A stretch of DNA of 64,000 bases, from NCBI GenBank assembly GCA_022573815.1, contig JACZTG010000001.1, forward strand, positions 859 through 64,858, read 5' to 3'. Below the pieces are notes generated by a model. It searched no databases. It saw nothing but the letters and a program-made list of their open reading frames with translations, and had not been told where the DNA came from. The position numbers were made by a program, and so were the translations under genes. Below, in pieces: positions 1-9,051 of this stretch (positions are counted from its first letter, which is position 1; each line of letters opens with the position of its first letter). The DNA comes from Fidelibacterota bacterium. GTDB taxonomy: Bacteria > Fidelibacterota > SORT01.

Positions 1-93
1 AACAGCGGTTGCGTGATTATGATTTGTCTGAGGAATATTTGCTCATGCATTCATTGTAAAGAATCCCTAATCGGGATTAGGTAAGACTTAATA

Positions 94-129
94 AGGTCAT
101 CGATATAAAATTCGATGACCTTGCTTTTT
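94..129 (+). terminator. Perfect 9-bp inverted repeat (ggtcatcga / tcgatgacc, 8-nt loop) followed by a T-rich run. Either a rho-independent terminator for the truncated upstream gene or an operator-like palindrome about 50 bp upstream of the first sHdr-locus gene.
   Basis: Read directly: ggtcatcgatataaaattcgatgacc then ttgcttttt. A second small hairpin, aatccc-taatc-gggatt, lies at 62-78. Confidence 0.45.
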
Positions 130-174
130 AGCTTACAAAATATGTCGAACGTTTTTGATTGAGGATTACTAATT

Positions 175-549
175 ATGGTAGAAGAAGGAAAGGTAACAAT
201 TTTTGTGACGTTCGGACCTGAGATGCCTCAACGGTGCGCTACACCGTTTTATATGGCAAATGTGGCTATGGCTATGGACAATGAGGCGGAAATGATATTT
301 CAGATAGACGGTACGTTGTTACTGAAAAAAGGTGTTGCAGAGGGAATAGTAGCCAAAGAAGGGGGAAAGAAAATAATTGATTTTATAAGAGAAGCAAAAG
401 AAGCAGGTGTGAAAATGCGCGTTTGTTCCGCGTCTCTTCAGCTCCACGATATGACAGAAGATGATTTGATCGAAGAAGTGGACGGCGTGGTAGGAGCCGC
501 TTATATGACAGATGTAGGTATGGACAGCGACTTAGTTTTAAGTTATTAA
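175..549 (+). CDS. DsrE/DsrF/TusD-family sulfur-carrier protein (DsrE3-like)
   Basis: 124 aa. The C-terminal AGVKMRVCSASL is typical of the conserved Cys loop of the DsrE/TusD fold, with a further Cys in QRCATPF. Its position directly upstream of the GcvH-like and hdrCBA genes matches the known sHdr locus context. Confidence 0.55.
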   Translation: MVEEGKVTIFVTFGPEMPQRCATPFYMANVAMAMDNEAEMIFQIDGTLLLKKGVAEGIVAKEGGKKIIDFIREAKEAGVKMRVCSASLQLHDMTEDDLIEEVDGVVGAAYMTDVGMDSDLVLSY

Positions 550-603
550 AAGGGGAGAAGCCTCATCGCCGAAATAAATAATTGTGTACTGCCGGATGAC
601 CTG

Positions 604-1026
604 ATGTATCATATTGATTTTAACGTTTGGGTCAGGGATAACGGCGATGGCACTCTGAATATCGGCTTGACGGATATAGCGCAAACAATGGCAGGCTCGG
701 TTATTCACTGCATGCCTAAAAAGGTCGGTAAAGTAGTCAAAAAAGGAAAAAGTCTCTCTACAGTTGAAAGCGGGAAATGGGTAGGTCCTATCAAATCACC
801 TTTTGGAGGCGAAATTATCGCCGTAAATGAAGAAGCACAAAAGGATGCCACTATTTTAAATCGAAGTCCTTATAAGGACGGATGGATAGTGCAACTTAAA
901 CCTAATAATTACGAAGAGGATAAAGCCGAATTACATACAGCCGAGGATGCGATACCTCTTTTTGCGGCATATATGTCCGAAAACGATCTGGGGGAATGTA
1001 TTCATTGCGAGGGATTTGAAAGCTGA
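604..1026 (+). CDS. lbpA: Glycine-cleavage-H-like lipoate-binding protein (LbpA-type)
   Basis: 140 aa. TVESGKWVGPIKSPFGGEI matches the GcvH lipoyl-lysine motif (E-S-x-K, with K the lipoylation site) and GcvH-like hybrid-barrel spacing. It sits in the sHdr locus. Confidence 0.6.
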   Translation: MYHIDFNVWVRDNGDGTLNIGLTDIAQTMAGSVIHCMPKKVGKVVKKGKSLSTVESGKWVGPIKSPFGGEIIAVNEEAQKDATILNRSPYKDGWIVQLKPNNYEEDKAELHTAEDAIPLFAAYMSENDLGECIHCEGFES

Positions 1027-1087
1027 GGGGAGCTTAAACTGATAATTCATATCAATACGCCAGGAATCAGAAAGGTTCGCTTATTTT

Positions 1088-1375
1088 TTGGAAAATAATA
1101 AAGATCTGCTCATTAAGGTATTTACACATCCTGCCTGCAGCGGCTGCGGGAGAGCGGTTGAACTTGCATGGAATCTCACACAGGAATACACTTCGTTGAA
1201 ATTGGTGACAATTAAACTCGAAAATAAAGAAGGTCTCCGGATGGCTCACGACGCAAAAATAAAAACAATCCCTACAGTGATTTATTATTCAGGTGAAGAA
1301 GAAAAAATACGAATTGTCGGAACGCCTAAAGGATCTGAACTGAAAGATTCTTATCTGAAATTGTTAGAAAATTAA
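1088..1375 (+). CDS. Small thioredoxin-fold protein with a CxxC motif (CSGC)
   Basis: 95 aa with a TTG start. HPACSGCGRAVE carries the CxxC motif. It occupies the slot where a TusA-like carrier is usually found in sHdr loci. Confidence 0.45.
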   Translation: MENNKDLLIKVFTHPACSGCGRAVELAWNLTQEYTSLKLVTIKLENKEGLRMAHDAKIKTIPTVIYYSGEEEKIRIVGTPKGSELKDSYLKLLEN

Positions 1376-1473
1376 AAGAACAGGAGAAAGCTCTGTCAAT
1401 TTATAAAGACGCAAAGTATCAGGACGTACCTTATGAAGAGAAGAAGGCTCTTTTCGATGAAGTTAAAGGCGAT

Positions 1474-2112
1474 ATGCGTTGGGATCACATATTCAATGGT
1501 TGTTATGAATGCGGCATCTGTGTAGCAGCGTGCCCTTCAGCAAGGTTCTACGACTTTAGTCCCCGTGTGTTCGTTCAAACTCTCGAGCGGGAAGATATTG
1601 ACACGTTTTATGAACTGATGAATGATTCCGTTTGGGATTGTTCCCAGTGTTTCTCCTGCACTCGCTGTCCGAGGCAGTCAAATCCCGGCGCTCTTATAAC
1701 CGTAATGCGGGAAGTAGCTGTGAACAACGGCCTGCAATCCGCCAAAGATGCGCTGAAATCATACAGTCGAATTATTTATAAAATTATGTCAACCGGAACG
1801 CAGGTGGCTCCTGATATGCTGCAGCCGGATGCGTTCCCCGATTGGGGTCCTCGTGTGAAGGAGATATCCGATAATCTTGAAGATTGGAGAAGAGCAATTC
1901 CGCCCGAGACGCTGCACACAGTTGAGCTCGCATGGGACGTAAGTATAAAAACGCGCTTGGAACTATTTATGATTTGGAAGCTTACAGGAAATCTTGATAT
2001 GATTCAAAATATCGATGAAGGAATATTTATGATACTTGAGGAAGTGATGGAAGAACTCCTTGAAGAACATGGATATGATATTGATGATTATGATAATATC
2101 ATCGATGATTAA
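1474..2112 (+). CDS. hdrC: Heterodisulfide reductase subunit C-like protein (sHdrC1)
   Basis: Two ferredoxin-type motifs: CGICVAACP and CSQCFSCTRCP. It is followed by the hdrB- and hdrA-like genes. Confidence 0.7.
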   Translation: MRWDHIFNGCYECGICVAACPSARFYDFSPRVFVQTLEREDIDTFYELMNDSVWDCSQCFSCTRCPRQSNPGALITVMREVAVNNGLQSAKDALKSYSRIIYKIMSTGTQVAPDMLQPDAFPDWGPRVKEISDNLEDWRRAIPPETLHTVELAWDVSIKTRLELFMIWKLTGNLDMIQNIDEGIFMILEEVMEELLEEHGYDIDDYDNIIDD

Positions 2113-2135
2113 AAGTTAAAAGAAAGGAACAGATA

Positions 2136-3332
2136 ATGTCCGGCATAACAGTGGATTCGGTAATACCTAAGGTAAGCATGAGAAAGTTCGAAAGAACTGA
2201 AGCGCCGCCTACCGAAGATTATAGAGAAAAATTATTCGAGCTGGAAAAAGCGGGCGAAATCGAAGTGATAAGAGTTCCAGAGCCTTACGTGGAAGTCGAA
2301 ACAAAATACGGAAGATTGAAAAAAATCCCGTTGGACCATACCTGGCATCATAAATCATGCGGTCAATGCGGGCATATTCCCGGATATTCAACGGCAATTT
2401 TCTGGCTCAACAGACAATTCGGTTTTGATTATCACGACCCGAGAGACCAGACCTCATGTACTGCATGGAATTATTATGCTTCTGCCACATCAAATTCAGC
2501 CGCTCAGGCATCAGTGGCAGTTCGAAATTTCGCACAGGCAAAAATTGACGGATATTTTCCGATAATCCATTGTGGTACTAGCTACGGACACTATAAAGAA
2601 GTGCGTTCGGATCTGTTGGAATTTCCTGAATTGAGAGAAAAAGTTCGTAAGGTATTAGCCCGAATGGGAAAAACTTTGGTATTCCCGGAAGAGATTGTGC
2701 ATTATTCGGAATGGGTTCACGTGATGCGACATAAAATTGCAGATAGACAAGTTTTGGACTTCAGCAATTTGACGATTACCGTTCATCCGGCGTGCCATTA
2801 TCATAAACTCGTGGTGGAAGACGCTATTTACGATAAAGAGCTATATAATGGTCAGCGAACTGCTATTGTCAGCGGATTGGTTAAGGCGATGGGAGCGAAA
2901 CTCGCTGATTACTCTACGTGGCATGATTGTTGTGGCTTCGGTTTCCGCCATATACTGGTCAGCAGAGATTTTTCACGTTCATTTGCAACATTGAGAAAAA
3001 TCGAAGTAATGATTAAAGAGGCTAACCCGGATCTTACGCTCACTCATGATACGGGCTGCGTGACTACTCTTGATCAGAGTCAGTTTGCCGCCAAAGCCCA
3101 CAACAAAAAAGTCGGAATTCCCGTGATGTCTGATGCTCAATTTGCGGCATTGTCTATGGGAGCGCATCCATTCAAAGTGTGCCAATTACACTGGCATAAT
3201 ATGGAAATAAGAACAATACTCGAAAAAATGGGAATTGATTATGATAAGGCTTGGGCTGAATTTCAGCTACAAGTCGATCGGATCAAGTCCGGAGAAATTG
3301 ATTACCTAACCTGGGAGGATGCAGATGCCTGA
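2136..3332 (+). CDS. hdrB: Heterodisulfide reductase subunit B-like protein (sHdrB1), two CCG domains
   Basis: 398 aa. It has the Cys-rich CCG signatures HKSCGQCGH and WHDCCGFGFRH and overlaps the start of hdrA by 14 nt. Confidence 0.7.
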   Translation: MSGITVDSVIPKVSMRKFERTEAPPTEDYREKLFELEKAGEIEVIRVPEPYVEVETKYGRLKKIPLDHTWHHKSCGQCGHIPGYSTAIFWLNRQFGFDYHDPRDQTSCTAWNYYASATSNSAAQASVAVRNFAQAKIDGYFPIIHCGTSYGHYKEVRSDLLEFPELREKVRKVLARMGKTLVFPEEIVHYSEWVHVMRHKIADRQVLDFSNLTITVHPACHYHKLVVEDAIYDKELYNGQRTAIVSGLVKAMGAKLADYSTWHDCCGFGFRHILVSRDFSRSFATLRKIEVMIKEANPDLTLTHDTGCVTTLDQSQFAAKAHNKKVGIPVMSDAQFAALSMGAHPFKVCQLHWHNMEIRTILEKMGIDYDKAWAEFQLQVDRIKSGEIDYLTWEDADA

Positions 3333-4386
3333 TCTGCCTGTTTTAGTTATCGGGGGAGGTCCGTGCGGGTTGGAGGCGACCCGGGGAATATCAGACCTTG
3401 GATATAATGTCATACTTGTTGATAAAGCCGAGTTTTTAGGCGGAACGCCTATTTCGGCAGACTACGCTGCGCTGACGCCTGATATGAGAAGCGCGGAAGA
3501 CGCTATGAATGAGATGATCGATGCCATAAAAGATAATCCGTTAGTTGACCTTCGCCTGAATTCATCAGTGATCTCGACTGAGGGCGACGCACCTGATTTG
3601 AAAATCGGAATCAAAAATGGAAAGGGTGAAGAAGTGGTAGATGTAGGCAGTGTCATCGTTTCTACCGGCTTTCAGCATTTTGATCCGGGCAAAGAAACAC
3701 AGATGTACGGATATTATGAATACGACGATGTAATAACTCTTGTGGATGTGGAGCGTATGCTGAAGGCGGGTACTTTCGTCCGTCCTTCCACAGGAGAAAA
3801 ACCGAAACAGGTTTGCTTTATCCAATGTGTTGGAAGCAGGGATCGGCAAATAGGAAATCAGTGGTGTTCCAAAGTGTGCTGCGGAGTCGCAACAAAAGAA
3901 GCAATTGAAATCCGGGATATGGTGCCCGATTGCCGGGTATTCGTTTTTTATATCGACATGAGAATGTATGGATTTTGGGAGGACGAGCTCTACTGGAAAG
4001 CGCAGGAAGAAAAACAGGTGAATTTCATCAGAGGCATTGTCACAGAGATAACGATGCGCGGAGATACTCTTGTGGTCAAAGGTGAAGATACTACTATGGG
4101 CAGACCGATGGAGATACCAATGGATGTTGTAATTTTATCAATTGGTATGGAACCGAGTAAAGGCTCAAAAGATATGGCAAAAATCTTCAAATTACCTTTG
4201 GAACCACACGGTTTTATTGAAACGATCGGTGGAGCGCTGAACACGGTTCAAACTTCCGTTAAAGGAGTATTCGCAGCCGGCGCATCCACAGGACCGGCGG
4301 ATTTGGAAGACTCGATATCAATGGGCGGCGCCGCCGCAATGAAGGCGTGCGCATTCATCAGAAAATCACAATTAGAGACTGCCTAA
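3319..4386 (+). CDS. hdrA: HdrA-like FAD-dependent FeS flavoprotein (short sHdrA type without ferredoxin domains)
   Basis: 355 aa. It has an N-terminal VIGGGPCGLEA dinucleotide fold and the HdrA-specific cluster motif CVGSRD...CSKVCC. Confidence 0.7.
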   Translation: MQMPDLPVLVIGGGPCGLEATRGISDLGYNVILVDKAEFLGGTPISADYAALTPDMRSAEDAMNEMIDAIKDNPLVDLRLNSSVISTEGDAPDLKIGIKNGKGEEVVDVGSVIVSTGFQHFDPGKETQMYGYYEYDDVITLVDVERMLKAGTFVRPSTGEKPKQVCFIQCVGSRDRQIGNQWCSKVCCGVATKEAIEIRDMVPDCRVFVFYIDMRMYGFWEDELYWKAQEEKQVNFIRGIVTEITMRGDTLVVKGEDTTMGRPMEIPMDVVILSIGMEPSKGSKDMAKIFKLPLEPHGFIETIGGALNTVQTSVKGVFAAGASTGPADLEDSISMGGAAAMKACAFIRKSQLETA

Positions 4387-4390
4387 CCGA

Positions 4391-5149
4391 TTGCTTTACG
4401 ACTCAATCACATTTAAGGAAATAGTAGATGCGGATTCCGCTCAGGAATTTATGAAAGAAGCAACCAAGCTAGCCAAAACGTGGGAGCTGGAGGATATTGG
4501 GAGAAAGCTCGAGGCTAAAAGCGCGATAATTTCCGGGATTCTTGCAGAGGATAAGATTGATTCGTTAAATGAAGATGATCTAAAAAAGGTCATCGGAATG
4601 ATTTTTACGATTCGCCGTAAAACCAAAAGGATATTGAAAGCGAACGGTCTTGATAATATCAGATCATCAATAACTGATTTACTTTACGGTGAAAAGCGAT
4701 TAGAAGACCGTTTTGATGAATTCGTCAATTCAATAGAATCTGTAGAGATGAAAATGCGGCTCAACTTTGCCGGCGAGCTCCTGCACTATAGCAACCCCGA
4801 TAAATATTGGTTATGGACGAATTGGATTTGGGATCCTGATACTAAAACAGGTTCTCTGCCGTTAGTGATACAGGATTTTTCCAATCTATCGGGAACGTCA
4901 TTAGGGGATACATATTTGCGAGTTGGTAAAGCTACTCTAATGGTGAATGCAGTTGGACATAAGGTAAGTTTTTCGGATATGGCAAAAGGACTTTTCGGAA
5001 CAAATTTATTCTTAGCGTGTGTTTACGCTGTATATATGTACACGGTGTTTAAAGTGAAATTATCTCAAGAATTCAATAGGATTTTACCCGAGTTGGCGGA
5101 ACTGACACAAAGGGTATTGGGTGTTTACCAAATGGAGCTTAAGAACTAA
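4391..5149 (+). CDS. Conserved hypothetical protein occupying the 'hyp' position of shdrC1B1A-hyp-... loci
   Basis: 252 aa with no recognisable motif. The call rests on position only, as I recall the sHdr locus architecture. Its stop overlaps the next gene's ATG by 1 nt. Confidence 0.4.
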   Translation: MLYDSITFKEIVDADSAQEFMKEATKLAKTWELEDIGRKLEAKSAIISGILAEDKIDSLNEDDLKKVIGMIFTIRRKTKRILKANGLDNIRSSITDLLYGEKRLEDRFDEFVNSIESVEMKMRLNFAGELLHYSNPDKYWLWTNWIWDPDTKTGSLPLVIQDFSNLSGTSLGDTYLRVGKATLMVNAVGHKVSFSDMAKGLFGTNLFLACVYAVYMYTVFKVKLSQEFNRILPELAELTQRVLGVYQMELKN

Positions 5150-6444
5150 TGGGAGATCATAAATACGAAAAATTCGTCCAATTAGATAACGCTATTGTTG
5201 ACGGTGTGGACATTTCAGGTGAATGGAACAAGATGTACGAACCCAGGGAAATCATGGAATATGATTTAACTTATCTGGACAAGGTTATTAATACTCCCGG
5301 CGGTGAATCTATGGGTTGGTGCTATCAATGCGCCAAGTGCATAGGCGTTTGTCCCGTAGATAATGTGGGAAGCTACGGGCCGAGAAAGATATACCGGAAA
5401 CTCCAAACCGGTTATAATCTTTTTGAGGAAGCTGATCTTTGGCTCTGTACTTCCTGCAATAACTGTCTGCGTGTATGTCCAAAAGAAGTTGATATGATGA
5501 AGATAATGCCGGCAATTCGCGAGCAAGCTGTCCTTGACGGAAACGTTCCCGAAGAATTGCAGACTATGCTTCAAAACGTAGCCGAATACGGCAATCCGAT
5601 GGGCGAGTCGCCGCGGAAAAGAGTCAAGTGGACAAAAGATTTGGATGAGACTGTTCGCGATCTTACAAAAGAAGAAGATCCCGGCGCTGTTGATGTCCTC
5701 TGGTATGTAAGCGATTATTTCAGCTATCATAATCGCGGTAATGACGCAGCCAAGGCGATGGTTCGTGTATTCAACAAATTGAATATTGATTACGGTATTT
5801 TAGGAAAAGAGGAAAGGTGCGACGGCGATTCTCAGCGGTTAGTAGGAGAATCAGGTCTTTTTGAACAGCTCGCCGAGCATAACGACGGACTCTTTCAGAA
5901 ATTCGAGCATAACACGCTTGTGGTAAGCGACCCTCACGCCTTTAACGCTTTCAAAAACTTCTATCCAAAAGTCACGGGCAATGAGTACAATGTTCAGCAT
6001 TATACTCAATTCCTGTCGGGCAAGGTGGAAGAATTGAAGTCACTCTATACAACGGAATTCAAGAAAAAAGTCACCTTTCATGACCCGTGCTACTTAGGAA
6101 GACACAACGGAGAGTTTGAGGCTCCCCGCGATCTGATAAATTCAATTCCCGGTGTTGAGTTTGTCGAAATGTACAGGAATCGTCAGCAGGGGTATTGTTG
6201 CGGCGGCGGCGGCGGTGGAATGTGGTTAGATGGATTGGTCGCCGATCATACGACCGAACGTCTGTCGGAAAACAGGGTAAAGGAAGCTGTGGAAGTAGGA
6301 GCGGAGGTATTGGTTGTATGCTGTCCCTACGAAGTGTCCCGTTTTGAAGATGCGGTAAAATCAACCAACAATGACGAAAATCTTGAAGTGTGGGATATTA
6401 TTGAGATAATTGATTTCTGCATCTCCGGCGGAGCTGCAGCGTAA
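5149..6444 (+). CDS. Fused HdrC-HdrB-like protein (ferredoxin-type dicluster N-terminus plus CCG domain C-terminus; sHdrB3 / C2B2-fusion-like)
   Basis: CYQCAKCIGVCP and CTSCNNCLRVCP form the 2x[4Fe-4S] region. The C-terminus has HDPCYLGRHNGEFEAPRDL...GYCCGGGGGGMW, a CCG domain. Confidence 0.65.
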   Translation: MGDHKYEKFVQLDNAIVDGVDISGEWNKMYEPREIMEYDLTYLDKVINTPGGESMGWCYQCAKCIGVCPVDNVGSYGPRKIYRKLQTGYNLFEEADLWLCTSCNNCLRVCPKEVDMMKIMPAIREQAVLDGNVPEELQTMLQNVAEYGNPMGESPRKRVKWTKDLDETVRDLTKEEDPGAVDVLWYVSDYFSYHNRGNDAAKAMVRVFNKLNIDYGILGKEERCDGDSQRLVGESGLFEQLAEHNDGLFQKFEHNTLVVSDPHAFNAFKNFYPKVTGNEYNVQHYTQFLSGKVEELKSLYTTEFKKKVTFHDPCYLGRHNGEFEAPRDLINSIPGVEFVEMYRNRQQGYCCGGGGGGMWLDGLVADHTTERLSENRVKEAVEVGAEVLVVCCPYEVSRFEDAVKSTNNDENLEVWDIIEIIDFCISGGAAA

Positions 6445-6497
6445 GATTTTATTAAGCGTTGAAAGACAAAATAACAATTAAAGAGAACGGCTGACCT

Positions 6498-7004
6498 ATG
6501 GAAAATTCACTTGCTGTCAATTTAGCGGATGCATCCTGGCAACGGTTGCGTTCTATGGCATTGGCAACCGAACGGTATGAAAACTTTGTGGCGCTGGGTT
6601 CATCGAATATGTCAGATGATAAAAGTAACGGGAAATGGACACCGAATTTAAAGATAAACCCGCCTGAGGCTCTGGCGCTGGATTATCTGTCTATGACCAT
6701 AAGAGACGCGTTTGAAAGAGAAAATTCTGAGATAATGCTCCAACTTTCAGGAACCGAGCAAATCCAGCCTCTGGCTTTATCCGAGAAATTGGGAATGGCA
6801 GAACTTTCCTTGAGAGAAAGACTCGGAAATCTTTCTCAATGCGGATTAGTAATGAAAAATCTTGAGAGCGGGGGATATTTACTTACCGATGCGGGTGACG
6901 CTGTTGCGAACCTGATTCGAGATGCGGTGACCAATTTATCCCTGCGGATCGAGAAGGAACTCCCGGAACTCAATATAAAAAAAGAAGAACTCAAACATTG
7001 CTGA
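6498..7004 (+). CDS. Putative winged-helix transcriptional regulator (ArsR/MarR-like fold suspected)
   Basis: 168 aa. The segment IQPLALSEKLGMAELSLRERLGNLSQCGLVMKNLESGGYLLTD resembles an HTH followed by a wing. sHdr loci are known to carry ArsR-type repressors. This is a weak pattern-only call. Confidence 0.3.
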   Translation: MENSLAVNLADASWQRLRSMALATERYENFVALGSSNMSDDKSNGKWTPNLKINPPEALALDYLSMTIRDAFERENSEIMLQLSGTEQIQPLALSEKLGMAELSLRERLGNLSQCGLVMKNLESGGYLLTDAGDAVANLIRDAVTNLSLRIEKELPELNIKKEELKHC

Positions 7005-7241
7005 TTGGCGAGCGCATTGAATTGGGTGATTGTGGAATGGGGATGCCTGTCATCCGCGCATGGCAGGCGCTGAAGAAACAGCCCGTCGGGGGAATAGTCT
7101 GGTTGACGAGTTCACATCCGTGAGCGGAGCCCGATATCAACGCCTGGTGCAGGTCGTCCGGACAGAAGTTGCTGAAGATGGAAGAGGACGCTGAAGGAAA
7201 ACATTTTTACGTTCAAAGGATGAACTGATAAGGGAGAAATA

Positions 7242-7985
7242 TTGAAAATAGTTGTTCCAATGCAATTAGTGCCTGATTTAGTGGAAGACCTTGAAGTAGA
7301 TAACACAGGAAAGGCTTTAAATGAGGAAGATCTAAAATTAAAACTTAATGAATTTGACGATCACGCTCTCGAAGAAGCGATACAGCTGAAGGAATCGGAC
7401 GGCGCTGAAGTGGTGGCGATGACTCTTGACGGAGAAGGCGCAGACAAACTTCTTTTTACCGCTCTGGCAAAAGGCGCCGACAAATGTCTGAAGATAACGG
7501 GTGCCGCAGCATCTGATTCACATCAACGGGCAAAGGTTTTTGCCAATGCTATCAGTTCCGAAGGTTACGATCTTGTGCTTACGGGTGTTCAATCAGTGGA
7601 CGATAGAGACGGTCAGCTGGGTCCTATCTTGGCAACTTATCTCGATGTTCCAAGCGTGAGCGTTGTTTCTAATGTCTCGATATCCGGTAGCACGGTAACT
7701 CTCCGCAAGGAATATTCAGGCGGCTACATGGCTGAGTATGATGTTGAAACGCCTGCTGTGCTTGGAATACAAGCCGCGCGGCAAACGCCGCGATATGCTC
7801 CTGTGAGTAAGATAAAACAGATACAGGAAACTATGAGTATTGACAATACGGAGGCTGGAGATTCAGGGTCAGGAAGTGGAAGCGAAATCACGAAAATGGC
7901 GCCCCCTGCAAAGGGAGAAGGAGCAAAGATGCTTGATTCTGTTGACGAGCTGATTGAAGTGCTGAAAAATGCGGGCGCACTTTAG
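7242..7985 (+). CDS. etfB: Electron transfer flavoprotein beta subunit
   Basis: 247 aa. It has an EtfB-like N-terminus (MKIVVPMQLVPD...), the usual size, and is followed by etfA. Confidence 0.75.
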   Translation: MKIVVPMQLVPDLVEDLEVDNTGKALNEEDLKLKLNEFDDHALEEAIQLKESDGAEVVAMTLDGEGADKLLFTALAKGADKCLKITGAAASDSHQRAKVFANAISSEGYDLVLTGVQSVDDRDGQLGPILATYLDVPSVSVVSNVSISGSTVTLRKEYSGGYMAEYDVETPAVLGIQAARQTPRYAPVSKIKQIQETMSIDNTEAGDSGSGSGSEITKMAPPAKGEGAKMLDSVDELIEVLKNAGAL

Positions 7986-8036
7986 TGAACAGTATTAAAA
8001 AACAGATATTAATTTTATATAATAAATGGAATATAT

Positions 8037-8972
8037 ATGAGCGAACTTTTTGTAGTAACTGAACATCTTAATGGCGATTTCCAGGATATAACGTTTGAAA
8101 TGTTAGGAAAAGCAAAGGAATTGTCAAACGGTGGGAAATGTACAGCCATTGTATTTGGGAATATGAAAGATAAATATGCGGAATTGGGAGCTGCCGATAA
8201 TGTTTTATCCGTAGGTGGAAGCAGCGAATATAATCCCGAAGAATATGCCGCAGCGGTGAAGTCGGCTGTGAGTGAGAAGAATCCGGATTTAGTTCTAATA
8301 GGTTCAACCTCAATGGGGATGGACATCGCATCTCCGGTGGGTACGGGTCTCAATATTCCTGTGGTAGCGTATTGTACGGCTATTGAAGCGTCTGATGGCG
8401 GTTTTTCGTGTACAAGTCAACTTTACGGCGGCAAGATGGACGTGGTTTCTAATGTTCCTTCGCCGGCTATAGTTATGGTGAGTTCCGGAGCGTTCGATGC
8501 CGCAGCAGGAAAAGTTTCCGGTTCGCCCGCCGTTGAAGAATTCAGCGGCGACGCAGGTGCCGGCAAGGTGACGTTCAAATCGCTTATTGAGCCGGAAGCA
8601 GCCGATGTTGACATCACTCAAAGTAATATTATAGTGGCGATCGGAAGAGGAATAGGAAGTAAGGATGATGTAGAAGTTGCTGAAGAGATCGCCGAAGCTT
8701 TGAACGCCGATGTTGCCGGAACAAGACCGCTTATAGATGCGGGTTGGCTGCCGAAATCAAGGCAGGTAGGGAAATCCGGGCTAAAAGTTAAGCCTAAGGT
8801 TTATATCGCTCTCGGAATATCAGGCGCTCCCGAACATATAGAGGGAATGAAAGAATCGTCCACTATAATCGCGATTAACACTGACAAAAACGCTCCGATT
8901 TTCGACGTGGCTCATTATGGAATGACGGAAGACCTTTTTGACGTGTGTGAGGATTTATTGGATAAACTGTAA
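8037..8972 (+). CDS. etfA: Electron transfer flavoprotein alpha subunit
   Basis: 311 aa. The C-terminal FAD-binding region VYIALGISGAPEHIEGM matches the EtfA signature. Confidence 0.75.
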   Translation: MSELFVVTEHLNGDFQDITFEMLGKAKELSNGGKCTAIVFGNMKDKYAELGAADNVLSVGGSSEYNPEEYAAAVKSAVSEKNPDLVLIGSTSMGMDIASPVGTGLNIPVVAYCTAIEASDGGFSCTSQLYGGKMDVVSNVPSPAIVMVSSGAFDAAAGKVSGSPAVEEFSGDAGAGKVTFKSLIEPEAADVDITQSNIIVAIGRGIGSKDDVEVAEEIAEALNADVAGTRPLIDAGWLPKSRQVGKSGLKVKPKVYIALGISGAPEHIEGMKESSTIIAINTDKNAPIFDVAHYGMTEDLFDVCEDLLDKL

Positions 8973-9051
8973 TCCGGTTGTCATATTGAGATATTCCATT
9001 TGGTCTGTCTCGTTGCTTCATTATTAATAACCTGTTAAATGCGAGTAAACT

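Noticed and set aside
1-90. Cys-rich C-terminal fragment (...CLRNICSCIHCKES...) of a gene truncated by the window start
   Set aside because: It is too short, the frame is ambiguous (two frames stay open), and nothing is recognisable in it. It is mentioned only because the hairpins at 62-129 probably terminate it.
5266-5730. 154-aa minus-strand ORF inside the HdrC-HdrB fusion gene, plus similar antisense ORFs such as 12771-13160, 10492-10866 and 50115-50696
   Set aside because: They lie entirely within well-supported plus-strand genes, have no motifs and show codon composition typical of antisense frames.
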